Below, one piece after another: positions 1-9,452 of a stretch of DNA of 64,000 bases. Under the pieces are notes generated by a model. That model was not told where the DNA came from, made no database searches, and saw nothing but the letters and a program-made list of their open reading frames with translations. The stretch's first letter is position 1, and the number at the start of each line of letters is the position of its first letter. The translations under genes and the position numbers were made by a program. Origin of the DNA: a virus; IMG/VR virus record IMGVR_UViG_3300043446_005369, positions 1 to 64,000 of that record, one strand, 5' to 3'.

Positions 1-995
1 GCTGAGGATGCAGGAGCTGTTCCGGTTGGTGATGGGGTAGAAGCTCCTGCAGCAGGAGCTGAGGGAGTCCCTCCAGTTGGTGTTGCCGGAGCTTGAGTTC
101 CAGCTTGAGAAGGTTGAGTTGGATATGGAGTAAATTTACGATTTCCGGATTTATCGTAAACTACATATCCTCTTGCACCACCAAGAGTTTCTGGATATCC
201 CTTCCCTGGAGTAACCTTTTGACCACTTTGAGTTGTTGCACTTTGAGGTGCGGTACTACGAGTTGGTTGTCCCGGATCTTTAACTGGGGAGGCACCCGCC
301 CTTTCTCTTTCTTTATTAATAGTTGCTGGAAATTGCCATCCTTTTCCCGGAACATATATCTTGGTCTGTCCACCTCTCGTTAAGGTTGCCCAATCTTTTC
401 CTTTTTCTTTAGCCCAGTCATATGCTTCCCTTTTAATCATCGATTCTGGGGCCGTAAGGAAGGGGTTTTTAGAAGGAGCAGGCTTCGCTGTACTAGAAGA
501 TCCTCCAGACATGGCTTTTAAAGCTTGTTGAGCACCAGATCCAATTGAACCAGTAATTTTTCCTTGATTTAATAGAGCATCTAGTCCAATTAATCCGAGT
601 GCTAATCTTCTTTTTCCTCCAGTATTTTTAGCGGAAGATCCTACAGCAAGATTTTTTAAAGTTTTTGTAGTTTGTGCTCCAGATCTAGTCGCACCTTCAA
701 TACCTCTACTTACAAGAGCTTGTCTTACTGGTATGTTATATGGTAATTTAAATCCAGTTCTTAACCCAGTCTGTATAGCACTTTTAATAACAGAACCCCA
801 TCCACCTTCACTCAAATAGTATTCATATAAATCTTCATAAGTATAATCACTCAAATCATAACCTTCTTCCAAAAGACTATCTACCCATAAGTTAAAATCT
901 TCTATAATTTGTTCTTCTGTCAGATCGGTTGGCTCATAAATTGAATTATAAGCTTCCATCAAATCTTGAGCCTGATTTTTTGTAATTTTATTCAT
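1..995 (-). CDS. Hypothetical protein with acidic N-terminal EGY module and Gly/Pro/Thr-rich body (runs off left edge; missing from ORF track)
   Basis: Manual translation from ATG at 995: MNKITKNQAQDLMEAYNSIYEPTDLTEEQIIEDFNLWVDSLLEEGYDLSDYTYEDLYEYYLSEGGWGSVIKSA..., open to the window edge; ATAAATA late-promoter motif at 1020-1026; shares modules with ORFs 1039-2736 and 2811-3683. Confidence 0.85.
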   Translation of the reverse strand, partial: MNKITKNQAQDLMEAYNSIYEPTDLTEEQIIEDFNLWVDSLLEEGYDLSDYTYEDLYEYYLSEGGWGSVIKSAIQTGLRTGFKLPYNIPVRQALVSRGIEGATRSGAQTTKTLKNLAVGSSAKNTGGKRRLALGLIGLDALLNQGKITGSIGSGAQQALKAMSGGSSSTAKPAPSKNPFLTAPESMIKREAYDWAKEKGKDWATLTRGGQTKIYVPGKGWQFPATINKERERAGASPVKDPGQPTRSTAPQSATTQSGQKVTPGKGYPETLGGARGYVVYDKSGNRKFTPYPTQPSQAGTQAPATPTGGTPSAPAAGASTPSPTGTAPASS

Positions 996-1019
996 TTTAA
1001 TTACTTTATTCCTATATTT

Positions 1020-1026
1020 TATTTAT
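1020..1026 (-). promoter_or_regulatory. T4-type late promoter (ATAAATA)
   Basis: 7/8 match to TATAAATA, 24 nt upstream of ATG at 995. Confidence 0.6.
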
Positions 1027-1038
1027 TTTATATTGTAA

Positions 1039-2736
1039 TTAAGCAGGTTTAATAAGAGTACTTCCTGGAGATGCAGGTTTGGGTGCTCCAATTTTTTTAG
1101 GCCCTACAATTTTTGGTCCGACTTTTTTAGGGCCAACACCATATCCAGGAAGTTTCTGTTGAGTTGCCGATTGGGGAGTAATTCCTAGTTGTTTAGTGTA
1201 TTTTTGTGTAGATTTTAATGCGGTCTTATATTCTTGTTTTGCGGCTTTAGATTCGGCTTCTTTTGAATATCTACCAAGATTTAACGCTCTACCAACTCTG
1301 GCAGTAAGCGAAGTGTCTCTCGACTGTATAGATGGTCTTGCTAAGTAAACCGCCTTATTTCCCCTAAAAGCTAAATCTCCAACTTTTTGTTTTCCTGTTT
1401 TTGGATCACGAACTAATTGTGTTGGTGCCAGTGAGGCAGTTTTTCCTCCAGTTGTAATTGTTCGGGCTTGACGATTTACTGTTGCTGGCGTTGAAGTACC
1501 TAACAATGCGGATCCCTTTCTAGTACCATATACACCTTTTTGAGAAGCTATTTCTCTAGCTCCTCTTGTTCCTATAGTAGAACGTGCCTGTGAACTAGCC
1601 TTAAAATAATCTGGAGTACCTTTTGATGGAATAGAAGATGTTGGTTGTCCTGGATCTTTAACTGGTGGTAATCCAGCTTTTCCTCTTTCTTTATTAACAG
1701 TTGCTGGAAATTGCCAACCGATTTGAGGAACGTATATCTTTCTTTCACCACCTCTTGTCAGAGTAGCCCAATCTTTACCTTTTTCTTTAGACCAGTCATG
1801 TGCAGGTGTTGGTTTGGCTGTCCCAGATCTTTGAATTTTTTGAGTTAGATCTTCTATTTTTTTGGCGTCATTAACTCCAGTTGCTTTTGAAATTGCTTGT
1901 CTTGCTGGACGTGTTTTTTCCACTGCCCAATCATATGCAGGTTTTGCGCCAGTGGCAAAAGCTGTACCCAAAGCTAAACTGGCAGCCCCTCTATGTATTG
2001 GATTTCGTATTGGTGATGCAATTTTTGCACCCAAACCATATGCAGCGGCAGTTGTCAAAACACCTCCAGCAGCCTTAGCTTTAGATTGTCCTTCGTCTCT
2101 TCTCTGTTTATATTCCATTGCTGCAGGAATTGTAATACCAGCAGCCGTTCCAATTTTCCCTAATGTGGGTTTCCATTTTATTCCCGATTTAGGTGTCGGA
2201 GTGACTGGAGGTCTTACTGTTTGGTATCTTGCAGATGCAGAAGTTGGTCTACCCCTATATGGTCTTGGGGTTCTTCCACCTGAGGATGGATCTGAAGGAG
2301 GGGTTTCTGCACCTGAAGGCTGTCTAGGAGGTGGAGGTGGTGGAGGTGTTCCTGCTGATCTTCCGGCTCCTGGAGGTGGTGGAGGTGTTCCTGCTGATCT
2401 TCCGGCTCCTGGAGGTGGTGGAGGTGTTCCTGCTGATCTTCCGGCTCCTGGAGGTGGTGGAGGTGTTCCTGCTGATCTTCCGGCTCCTGGAGGTGGCGTT
2501 CCTGCTCCTGAAGGTCTAGCAGTAGTTCTAGCCCATTCTGGGGGCTGACCTGTTTTCTTATATGTTTTAATGAATTCTCTGGCTGCTCGATTCATCTTAT
2601 CAGTTGAATTTCTATCATAAAATATACCCCCCCTTTCATGCACGTGTGGATTATCTTTCAGCCATTTTCTCCATACTACCAAAGGTTCTTCTGGTATATT
2701 CTCGATGATAAAAACAAATTCTCTAAAAGTCTTCAT
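1039..2736 (-). CDS. Hypothetical basic Pro/Gly-rich protein with capsid-targeting-like leader (candidate internal head protein)
   Basis: 565 aa, starts MKTFREFVFIIE; tandem PPPPGAGRSAGTP repeats; C-terminal VGPK repeats; perfect TATAAATA upstream. Confidence 0.8.
   Translation of the reverse strand: MKTFREFVFIIENIPEEPLVVWRKWLKDNPHVHERGGIFYDRNSTDKMNRAAREFIKTYKKTGQPPEWARTTARPSGAGTPPPGAGRSAGTPPPPPGAGRSAGTPPPPPGAGRSAGTPPPPPGAGRSAGTPPPPPPPRQPSGAETPPSDPSSGGRTPRPYRGRPTSASARYQTVRPPVTPTPKSGIKWKPTLGKIGTAAGITIPAAMEYKQRRDEGQSKAKAAGGVLTTAAAYGLGAKIASPIRNPIHRGAASLALGTAFATGAKPAYDWAVEKTRPARQAISKATGVNDAKKIEDLTQKIQRSGTAKPTPAHDWSKEKGKDWATLTRGGERKIYVPQIGWQFPATVNKERGKAGLPPVKDPGQPTSSIPSKGTPDYFKASSQARSTIGTRGAREIASQKGVYGTRKGSALLGTSTPATVNRQARTITTGGKTASLAPTQLVRDPKTGKQKVGDLAFRGNKAVYLARPSIQSRDTSLTARVGRALNLGRYSKEAESKAAKQEYKTALKSTQKYTKQLGITPQSATQQKLPGYGVGPKKVGPKIVGPKKIGAPKPASPGSTLIKPA
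2333..2488. repeat. Coding tandem repeat, 4 perfect copies of a 39-bp unit plus a partial copy
   Basis: ggaggtggtggaggtgttcctgctgatcttccggctcct at 2333, 2372, 2411 and 2450; encodes GAGRSAGTPPPPP on the minus strand. Confidence 0.95.
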
Positions 2737-2758
2737 CTATTTTTTCTTCTTTTTTATA

Positions 2759-2766
2759 TATTTATA
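2759..2766 (-). promoter_or_regulatory. T4-type late promoter TATAAATA
   Basis: Perfect consensus 22 nt upstream of ATG at 2736. Confidence 0.85.
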
Positions 2767-2790
2767 AAAAAAGAGGGCGTTATGCCCTCT
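2766..2790 (-). terminator. Rho-independent terminator
   Basis: AGAGGGC-ataac-GCCCTCT stem-loop followed by a T tract on the minus strand, just after the stop of 2811-3683. Confidence 0.85.
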
Positions 2791-2810
2791 AAAAATTATT
2801 AGTTTTAATT

Positions 2811-3683
2811 TTATCTACCAATCGCTCTGCGTCTGCGAGCAGAGCGATTGGTGTGACTCAGACTATAGTGGCGTCTCCCATCCGAAGTGTCATCATCTCC
2901 ATAGTAACCAGAATCATAGTCACCACTATCTTCTCCAGGTTTAGCGTTTAATCTTTGAATAGATTTTTTATTTGCCTTAATTCTTTCATTTTCTCTTTTA
3001 TTTTCTGATTTCCGATTAGTTACCTCTCTTTTATCTGAGGGCAATCTACCAATAGCATCACGAATTTTTGTAATGTTTTTAGGTTCTTTGTATTTTTCCT
3101 CACCAGACTTAGAACGAACACTCAAAATCCTCTGTGCCTCGTCAAGTACATTTTCAATAATATTTTCTTTCCAATCCTCACTCATATTTGCCATGATTAT
3201 CACTGCATCCTCATAAGTATCCGCATATCCTTCATCTAGAAGATGTGAAAGAATAATATCATAATTATCTACACTTTCATGTTGCGTTGAAGATTCTCTT
3301 GTTTTTCTTGCACCTCGAAGTTCATCATCATCATATTCTGTTTCGAAACGTCTATGAGCCAATCTTACTTGTGTTTTAGTTCTTGGGTGATATTTGGGTT
3401 CATTTCTATTTTTTCTAGCTGCCCTTTTCGTCATAATTCTGTCAACTGCTCCTACACCACTGGCCTTTAATTTTTTATCCACAACATCATCAACTTTTGC
3501 TTCATAAAGATTCCACATATCATCCCAAGTATAATCACTCAAATCATAACCTTCTTCTACAAGAGAGTTTACCCATTCTTCAACTTCTTCCCAAATTTGT
3601 TCTTCAGTAATTTCTTCTGGTTCATAAACTGCACTATATGCTTCCATTAAGCCCCAAGCATCAGTTCCGGTAAGTCTAGTCAT
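2811..3683 (-). CDS. Hypothetical protein with two acidic EGY modules alternating with Arg/Lys-rich segments
   Basis: 290 aa; LMEAY...WVNSLVEEGYDLSDYTWDDM and YDIILSHLLDEGYADTYEDAVIIMANMSEDW modules; own late promoter and terminator. Confidence 0.8.
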   Translation of the reverse strand: MTRLTGTDAWGLMEAYSAVYEPEEITEEQIWEEVEEWVNSLVEEGYDLSDYTWDDMWNLYEAKVDDVVDKKLKASGVGAVDRIMTKRAARKNRNEPKYHPRTKTQVRLAHRRFETEYDDDELRGARKTRESSTQHESVDNYDIILSHLLDEGYADTYEDAVIIMANMSEDWKENIIENVLDEAQRILSVRSKSGEEKYKEPKNITKIRDAIGRLPSDKREVTNRKSENKRENERIKANKKSIQRLNAKPGEDSGDYDSGYYGDDDTSDGRRHYSLSHTNRSARRRRAIGR

Positions 3684-3708
3684 TTGATTATTTTTTTACT
3701 TTATAATT

Positions 3709-3716
3709 TATTTATA
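3709..3716 (-). promoter_or_regulatory. T4-type late promoter TATAAATA
   Basis: Perfect consensus 25 nt upstream of ATG at 3683. Confidence 0.85.
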
Positions 3717-3740
3717 AAAAAAGAGGGCCTAAAGGCCCTT
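3716..3740 (-). terminator. Rho-independent terminator of the nrd operon
   Basis: AGGGCCT-tt-AGGCCCT inverted repeat followed by CTTTTTTT on the minus strand. Confidence 0.8.
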
Positions 3741-3890
3741 CGAAGTCGTATTTCTCAACCAATCTTTTTCATAATCATAATCTCCAAAAAGATATTCATC
3801 TATGACTGCTGCTTCTTTAAAAGCATTTTGTATTTCTTCTTCACACCATTCATCATAATTTCCATCACTTTCAAGAATTTTTGGATTCAT
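3729..3890 (-). CDS. Small acidic hypothetical protein (53 aa, below ORF-track cutoff)
   Basis: MNPKILESDGNYDEWCEEEIQNAFKEAAVIDEYLFGDYDYEKDWLRNTTSKGL; ATGA overlap with the nrdB stop. Confidence 0.6.
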   Translation of the reverse strand: MNPKILESDGNYDEWCEEEIQNAFKEAAVIDEYLFGDYDYEKDWLRNTTSKGL

Positions 3891-5047
3891 AGTTTAAAAT
3901 CAGCAAATTGATTTTCAGTAATGTCGTGCTTTACTGCACCTACAAGATATGATGTTTTTTCAGTTTCCATTGGAAGTTCTTGAAGCCCCTTGCTATTTAG
4001 CCAATGGAAGGTCCAAGGTAAAGGATTGTTCTTTGCAGAAATATCAAACATAGGCTTAAGATCAATTGCTTTCATTCTAAGATTCGAAATCCATTCAACA
4101 TACATACAGAGTAGTTTATCATTTAGGCCGATTATCGATCCATCTTTAAATAAGTATTGTGCCCATCGTTTTTCTTCATTTACAGTACGTTCAAACATCT
4201 TATAAGTCCAATCCTCCTCTTCCTTAGCGATTTTAATCATATCTGGATCATCGCCATTCTTCCATTTAGTAAGAATATTTTGAGTGATTGATAGATGAAC
4301 TCCTTCGTCACGGGCAATAAGTTCAATGATTTTAGCCGAACCCTCCATCATCTTAAGTTCACCAAAAGCAAAGGAACAAGCAAAAGAAACGTAAAAACGA
4401 ATACCTTCAAGAATGTTGACATTCATAATCGCCCTGTATAGTCTTCGCTTTACTTCATATAGAATATCTTTACCTAACTCAACACCTTCATTTCTAAATT
4501 TCCACAATTCACTAGAACCATAAGATTGTGCGGAGTTAATGAAATCATCATATGATTGAGTTACCGACTTTGCTCTTTCTAGAATATTTTCATCTCCAAT
4601 AATTTTATCAAATACTTCGGATGGATTTGAATATACATTTTTGATAATATGAGTATATGAACGTGAATGAATCATTTCCATGAATTCCCATGCAGTCATA
4701 CACGATTCGAGTTCAGGAAGAGAACAATAAGGAATAAATGCTAATCCGGGACCTCTTCCCTGAACAGAATCAAGCATAATTTGATATTTTAGATTTGATG
4801 TGAAAATATGCTTTTGCTCGGGTCTTAATTGCTGATAATCTAATCGGTCTTTCTGAAGAGAAATTTCCTCTGGTCTCCAAAAAAAGCTCAACTGCTGTTG
4901 AGCTAATTTATCAAAAACTGGATATTTGAAAGTATCGTAACGTTGAACACCCAAAGGAGGACCAAAAAACATCGTTTGTTTTGTGGTATCTACATTATTA
5001 GTATTAAAAACTGTCATTCCTTTAATTTCAGATTGTACATGATTCAC
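3887..5047 (-). CDS. nrdB: Ribonucleotide reductase class Ia beta subunit
   Basis: FFWRPEEISL, EMIHSRSY (radical Tyr), ILEGIRFYVSFA, IARDEGVH diiron motifs; follows nrdA. Confidence 0.97.
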   Translation of the reverse strand: MNHVQSEIKGMTVFNTNNVDTTKQTMFFGPPLGVQRYDTFKYPVFDKLAQQQLSFFWRPEEISLQKDRLDYQQLRPEQKHIFTSNLKYQIMLDSVQGRGPGLAFIPYCSLPELESCMTAWEFMEMIHSRSYTHIIKNVYSNPSEVFDKIIGDENILERAKSVTQSYDDFINSAQSYGSSELWKFRNEGVELGKDILYEVKRRLYRAIMNVNILEGIRFYVSFACSFAFGELKMMEGSAKIIELIARDEGVHLSITQNILTKWKNGDDPDMIKIAKEEEDWTYKMFERTVNEEKRWAQYLFKDGSIIGLNDKLLCMYVEWISNLRMKAIDLKPMFDISAKNNPLPWTFHWLNSKGLQELPMETEKTSYLVGAVKHDITENQFADFKL

Positions 5048-7337
5048 AATAATCTTCTCCCTCTTTTGAGTTTATAATTTCATCGATAAGTTCTTGTACT
5101 GAATTTTGTTGAGCCGATTCTTCTACACTTTCATCTCTACCATCATAAATGTTACTATAATAGGCAGTCTTTTGACCATACTTATATACATAAAGAGCAT
5201 CTTGAATAATTACAGAAGTAGGTATTTCATTATTTGGATAGTGTTCAGGATTATAAGACCAATCGGCACTAATTGAATGATCAAAAAATTTCTGGAACAT
5301 TGCTACAATGTTAAAGTAGCTCGTGTTATTCTTCAGATCCCAGAGGATAGTATAATCATTTTTGAGAGTATTATACTGAGGAACAATTTGTTTAATTGGA
5401 CCTTTTTTTGATTTTTTGAATGAGATATATCCACGAGGAGGTTCAATGCTACTAGTAGCGTTTGAAATGATCGAGGAGCTAGCAGATGGCATTATAGTAC
5501 TCAGAGTTGAATGCCTCAAACCGTAAGTTTTAATATCTTCACGAAGAGATTCCCAATCATATTGAAGGGGATCATTACAAATTTCATCAACTTCTTTTTT
5601 ATAGGTGTCAATCGGTAGAATTCCATCTGAATACTTTGTTCGATTAAACCAATTACAAGCTCCCTTTTCTTTAGCTAGAGTGTTTGATGCCTTAAGTAGG
5701 AAATATTGAATACTTTCAGCAAGTCCATGAGCTGCGGACCAAGCTTCTTTTTGGTCATATTTTAATCCAAGTTTAGCGAGATAATGGGCAAACCCAATCA
5801 CACCGACACCAAGCATTCTTCGATTTCGAGTTGAAATTTCTGCAGCATTTACCAGATAAATTTGATTTTCAATTAACTCATCTAGAAAACGAACCACTAA
5901 TTCAGCAAGTTCATTGAGTTCTTTATCAGATTTAATCAATCCAACATTAAATGCAGACAAAGTACAAAGAGCTACCTCCCCATTCTTATCGTCTATTGAT
6001 TCTAATGGAGTTGTGGGTTCAAGGATCTCACAACACAAATTTGACATCACTACTTGATCTTTAAAAGGACCATGAGAATTGGCATGATCAATATTCATCA
6101 AATAAATACGGCCAGTTTCGAATCTTTCCTGTAGTAAAGAAATAATAAGTTCTTGTGCTTTTACTGTCTTTTTAGGAATAGAATCATCATTTTCGTATTT
6201 TACATAAAGTTCATCGAATTCTGGAAGACCAAAAACATCATAAAGTCCTGGAACATCATTGGGGCAAAACAGAGTGATATTACCATTCTGAATGAACCTC
6301 TCATAAAAAATACGAGAGAGTTGAATATTGTAATCAAGTTTGCGAACTCGATTTTCATCCGTTCCTTTATTGTTTTTTAATACAATAACACTTTCAATTT
6401 CCTTGTGCCAGATGGGAACATATACAGTAGCCATTGCGGCACGAACCCCACCCTGATGACAGGATTTAAGAGATCCTTCAAACTTCTTCAGGAATGGAAT
6501 TAATCCAGTAGAAACTACTTCACCTCCACGAATTTTACTACCAATAGCTCGGATTCTGCCCATGTTCAATCCAATTCCAGCCCGCCCTGCGATATATCGC
6601 ATCATTGCACCATCAGTAGCAATGATGCTTTCTAAAGAATCTCCACAATCTAAGAGAACACAAGATGCAGATTGTTTCATGGGTGTACGAATTCCAGCAA
6701 GAATCGGAGTAGGTACATTCAACTTATGTTTAGATATTGCATCATAATACCTTTTCACAAAAGACATTCTCGTTTCTTTGGGATATCTTGAGAATCCAAT
6801 TGCAGCGATCATCATGTACATAAACTGAGGTGTTTCATACAGTTTACCTGTACTACGATCCTGAACCAGATACTTATCGACGACTTGGCGAAGCCCAGCG
6901 TAAGTAAACAAATAATCTCGGTCATGTTTAATATATTCACCAAGATGATTGAGTTCCTCTTCAGTGTACCAATTTAGAATCTCATCATCATAAACTTTAA
7001 GTTTTACACAATTCTGAATATGTTCATAAAAACTAGGATACTCCTGCACTACCCCATATAAAGATTTTCGAATAGAAAACAGAAGAAGACGGGCTGCCAC
7101 AAATTGATAATTGGGAGCATCCAATGAAATCAGATCTGCTGCAGACTTAATTAAAATCTCTTGAATTTCTGACGTACTAATTCCATCATAAAATTGAATT
7201 CCAGATGTCATTTCAACCTGAGATGCAGAAACACCAGATAAACCTTTACATGCTTCTTCCACCATAAGATGCATTTTATCCAAATTCAATGGTTCAATTC
7301 TACCATCTCTTTTTTTAACATTTGTCCCGTTGCTCAT
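5028..7337 (-). CDS. nrdA: Ribonucleotide reductase class Ia alpha subunit
   Basis: N-terminal ATP cone (VKKRDGRIEP), SNLCCEI active site, SCVL, C-terminal CESC pair. Confidence 0.97.
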   Translation of the reverse strand: MSNGTNVKKRDGRIEPLNLDKMHLMVEEACKGLSGVSASQVEMTSGIQFYDGISTSEIQEILIKSAADLISLDAPNYQFVAARLLLFSIRKSLYGVVQEYPSFYEHIQNCVKLKVYDDEILNWYTEEELNHLGEYIKHDRDYLFTYAGLRQVVDKYLVQDRSTGKLYETPQFMYMMIAAIGFSRYPKETRMSFVKRYYDAISKHKLNVPTPILAGIRTPMKQSASCVLLDCGDSLESIIATDGAMMRYIAGRAGIGLNMGRIRAIGSKIRGGEVVSTGLIPFLKKFEGSLKSCHQGGVRAAMATVYVPIWHKEIESVIVLKNNKGTDENRVRKLDYNIQLSRIFYERFIQNGNITLFCPNDVPGLYDVFGLPEFDELYVKYENDDSIPKKTVKAQELIISLLQERFETGRIYLMNIDHANSHGPFKDQVVMSNLCCEILEPTTPLESIDDKNGEVALCTLSAFNVGLIKSDKELNELAELVVRFLDELIENQIYLVNAAEISTRNRRMLGVGVIGFAHYLAKLGLKYDQKEAWSAAHGLAESIQYFLLKASNTLAKEKGACNWFNRTKYSDGILPIDTYKKEVDEICNDPLQYDWESLREDIKTYGLRHSTLSTIMPSASSSIISNATSSIEPPRGYISFKKSKKGPIKQIVPQYNTLKNDYTILWDLKNNTSYFNIVAMFQKFFDHSISADWSYNPEHYPNNEIPTSVIIQDALYVYKYGQKTAYYSNIYDGRDESVEESAQQNSVQELIDEIINSKEGEDYCESCTI

Positions 7338-8305
7338 ACCTTTTTCCAGTGAGTAAATTTAAGTTTTGCTTCTAATCCTTGATAAGTACTAGCTTCTAGT
7401 ACTTCTTGCACATTTAAATCAGAAAGTACCATATTATTAATGTCTTTATCTTTGATATAAGAAGGCCAAATTACCACCTTATATCCTTGACCTATGACCT
7501 TAGAAATTCTGTTTACAATTTCAAGATTTCTGGGCTCATTATCATAAACGTAAACATAATCTTTCCAATTAAATTCAGAAAGATCTATATCAGAACCACA
7601 CATTGCAACTGAATTATCAATAAATGTGGAATCAAACGGACCCTCAACAACGTAAATTGTTTTTGATAAATTTACTTTATCAAGTCCATAAATTTTAGGG
7701 GCATTTTCAATAAGCATCACAGTGATGTATTTATTTGGTGATGCTTCGAGGCTTCTTCCTTGATATCCAATCAGATTTTTATCGAAATCGTACATAGGAA
7801 TCACGATACGTTTTTCATCTTTTGATATATCGTCAAAGACTTTTTTATTCGTATTTACCCATTTTTTGAATTCTTTTGCAAAATAAAATTGATCAGGATC
7901 TACTTTTCTATCTTCCAAATATTTTTTAGCTTCTGGTACATCTGAAGCTTTGGGTAAATCAATTTTGTTTCTAAAAATGGGCTTATTGAAATCAAATTTT
8001 GGAGTATCTACTACAAATCCCTTTCCAGTATGACCTTCTTTGAATTTTTCAAAGATATATTCTCGATGTAGAACACTGTCGAAAGATTTTAAAAAGTTAT
8101 TGAATGAAAAACTAACTCCACAATTATGACACTTAAAATTGGTATTGTTTTTTGTTGAGTAAAAATATCCTCTTGCTCGATTTTTATTTTTCTTGGAATC
8201 CCCACACAGAGGACATCGAAAGTTATATAAATTAACCTTAACTTTTTTGAATTTTTGTAGACGTGAAGATACTAATCCAATATACTTTGAATCGATAAAA
8301 TCCAT
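7334..8305 (-). CDS. gp61: DNA primase
   Basis: Zn finger CPLCGDS...CHNCG, TOPRIM VVEGPFDS and YDNEPRN; start moved to MDFIDSK (8305) because a promoter occupies 8328-8356. Confidence 0.95.
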   Translation of the reverse strand: MDFIDSKYIGLVSSRLQKFKKVKVNLYNFRCPLCGDSKKNKNRARGYFYSTKNNTNFKCHNCGVSFSFNNFLKSFDSVLHREYIFEKFKEGHTGKGFVVDTPKFDFNKPIFRNKIDLPKASDVPEAKKYLEDRKVDPDQFYFAKEFKKWVNTNKKVFDDISKDEKRIVIPMYDFDKNLIGYQGRSLEASPNKYITVMLIENAPKIYGLDKVNLSKTIYVVEGPFDSTFIDNSVAMCGSDIDLSEFNWKDYVYVYDNEPRNLEIVNRISKVIGQGYKVVIWPSYIKDKDINNMVLSDLNVQEVLEASTYQGLEAKLKFTHWKKV

Positions 8306-8327
8306 TCGTAAGACCGGAAGGACGAAC

Positions 8328-8356
8328 AGTCTAGCAGAGGTTCGACGCCTTGTCAA
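8328..8356 (-). promoter_or_regulatory. Sigma70-like promoter for gp61-nrdA-nrdB
   Basis: TTGACA (8356-8351), 17 nt spacer, TAGACT (8333-8328). Confidence 0.75.
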
Positions 8357-8366
8357 TCACCTTGGA

Positions 8367-8810
8367 TCACTTTTCTTCAGGGACATTTTGCTGATGTACA
8401 TGACCCTCACGTTGCATTTGCATTTCAGATGGAGTCCACCATCCAGACGCAAGCGAAGCTAGAGATGCAGTAATAATTGCTAAAACAACACCACAACCCA
8501 CAGTCATCCATTTAATTTTAACAATTTCCTTTACTTCCTGCTCTATTATGCCAACTCGATCCGACACTTCTTTATGCTCTTTTCGATTTTCTTGCTTTAA
8601 ATCGTCCAACATTTTTGCAACTAATTCGTCGCTTTTATTGCATTGTTCAATTTTTTCTTCATGAACAGCCAACATCTTGCTAATATTTTGACTGGTTTTA
8701 CCCATGATTTGAATTGCTTCGTCTATTTTTTTCATCATAATTTCATATGATGAGAGACGTTCTTCAAGCACAGCTAACTTTGTATCAGATGTAGTATTCG
8801 TATTAAACAT
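8367..8810 (-). CDS. Coiled-coil protein with C-terminal transmembrane helix
   Basis: LAVLEERL heptads, hydrophobic WMTVGCGVVLAIITASLASL; ATAAATA at 8863-8869. Confidence 0.75.
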   Translation of the reverse strand: MFNTNTTSDTKLAVLEERLSSYEIMMKKIDEAIQIMGKTSQNISKMLAVHEEKIEQCNKSDELVAKMLDDLKQENRKEHKEVSDRVGIIEQEVKEIVKIKWMTVGCGVVLAIITASLASLASGWWTPSEMQMQREGHVHQQNVPEEK

Positions 8811-8868
8811 TTTGGTGATGTGGGAAACTTATCTCTCACGAAACAAATCTAATGCTTATTAATATTTA

Positions 8869-9078
8869 TTATTTTGGGGGATTTCGTCTCATCATCCATC
8901 GAGATCTTGACCCCTTTCCTAAGTATGCGTATTTTTTTCTAACTGGTGGTGATTCTTTTTGAGGATCGAATCCAAGACCGGAAGCTCCAGCATTATTAGT
9001 AGGATGAGTTCCTGATACAGACATACCCTCTTCCTTTAAATATCTAATTAAATGAATAATTTTATCTATTTTTTTCAT
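8869..9078 (-). CDS. Small hypothetical protein
   Basis: Likely start MKKIDKIIH at 9078, overlapping the upstream stop; PTNNAG motif. Confidence 0.65.
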   Translation of the reverse strand: MKKIDKIIHLIRYLKEEGMSVSGTHPTNNAGASGLGFDPQKESPPVRKKYAYLGKGSRSRWMMRRNPPK

Positions 9079-9449
9079 TAAATTGTTTGCAATATTGACA
9101 TACAATTAGTATCTTCTAATATTTCATGTATTTTTGTTTTTGGATATTGAGGTATTCTATTTAAAAATACCAAAAAACTTTTTATACACGGCCACAAGTC
9201 TTCATCCAAACTATAAAAAAGTAAAGGAATAGCGGCATCATCAAAAACATTAAAAAGAACTATAAGATGGTTCAATATTAATTGTGTTTTTAGAATGCCA
9301 GTATTCCTATATCTTTTTAATAATCTTTTAATATATTTAATTCGTTTCAAATCATCATCAAAATCCTCTTTTGTTAATGCCTGAGGATTATTATAAAATT
9401 TTATAGCAAATAATAGATAATTATCTTTATTCAATTCATCAAATCTCAT
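9078..9449 (-). CDS. Conserved T4-like phage hypothetical protein
   Basis: MRFDELNKDNYLLFAIKFYNNP...LILNHLIVLFNVF, recognisable as a conserved T4-superfamily ORF; tight operon packing. Confidence 0.8.
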   Translation of the reverse strand: MRFDELNKDNYLLFAIKFYNNPQALTKEDFDDDLKRIKYIKRLLKRYRNTGILKTQLILNHLIVLFNVFDDAAIPLLFYSLDEDLWPCIKSFLVFLNRIPQYPKTKIHEILEDTNCMSILQTI

Positions 9450-9452
9450 ATA

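Noticed and set aside
93-383. ORF-track calls 93-383 (+) and 161-373 (-)
   Set aside because: Both overlap the longer minus-strand frame 1-995, which has clear homology to neighbouring genes
2333-2488. Possible CRISPR array
   Set aside because: Units are contiguous with no unique spacers, are a multiple of 3 and lie inside a coding frame
1862-2548. 228-aa plus-strand ORF (and 1881-2078, 2331-2519)
   Set aside because: Antisense shadow of the Pro/Gly-rich repeat gene 1039-2736; no promoter or ribosome binding site seen
8305-8356. N-terminal extensions in the ORF track for gp61 (also gp55 36184-36228 and ORF 25344-25373)
   Set aside because: The extensions overlap predicted promoter elements; downstream ATGs match expected protein starts
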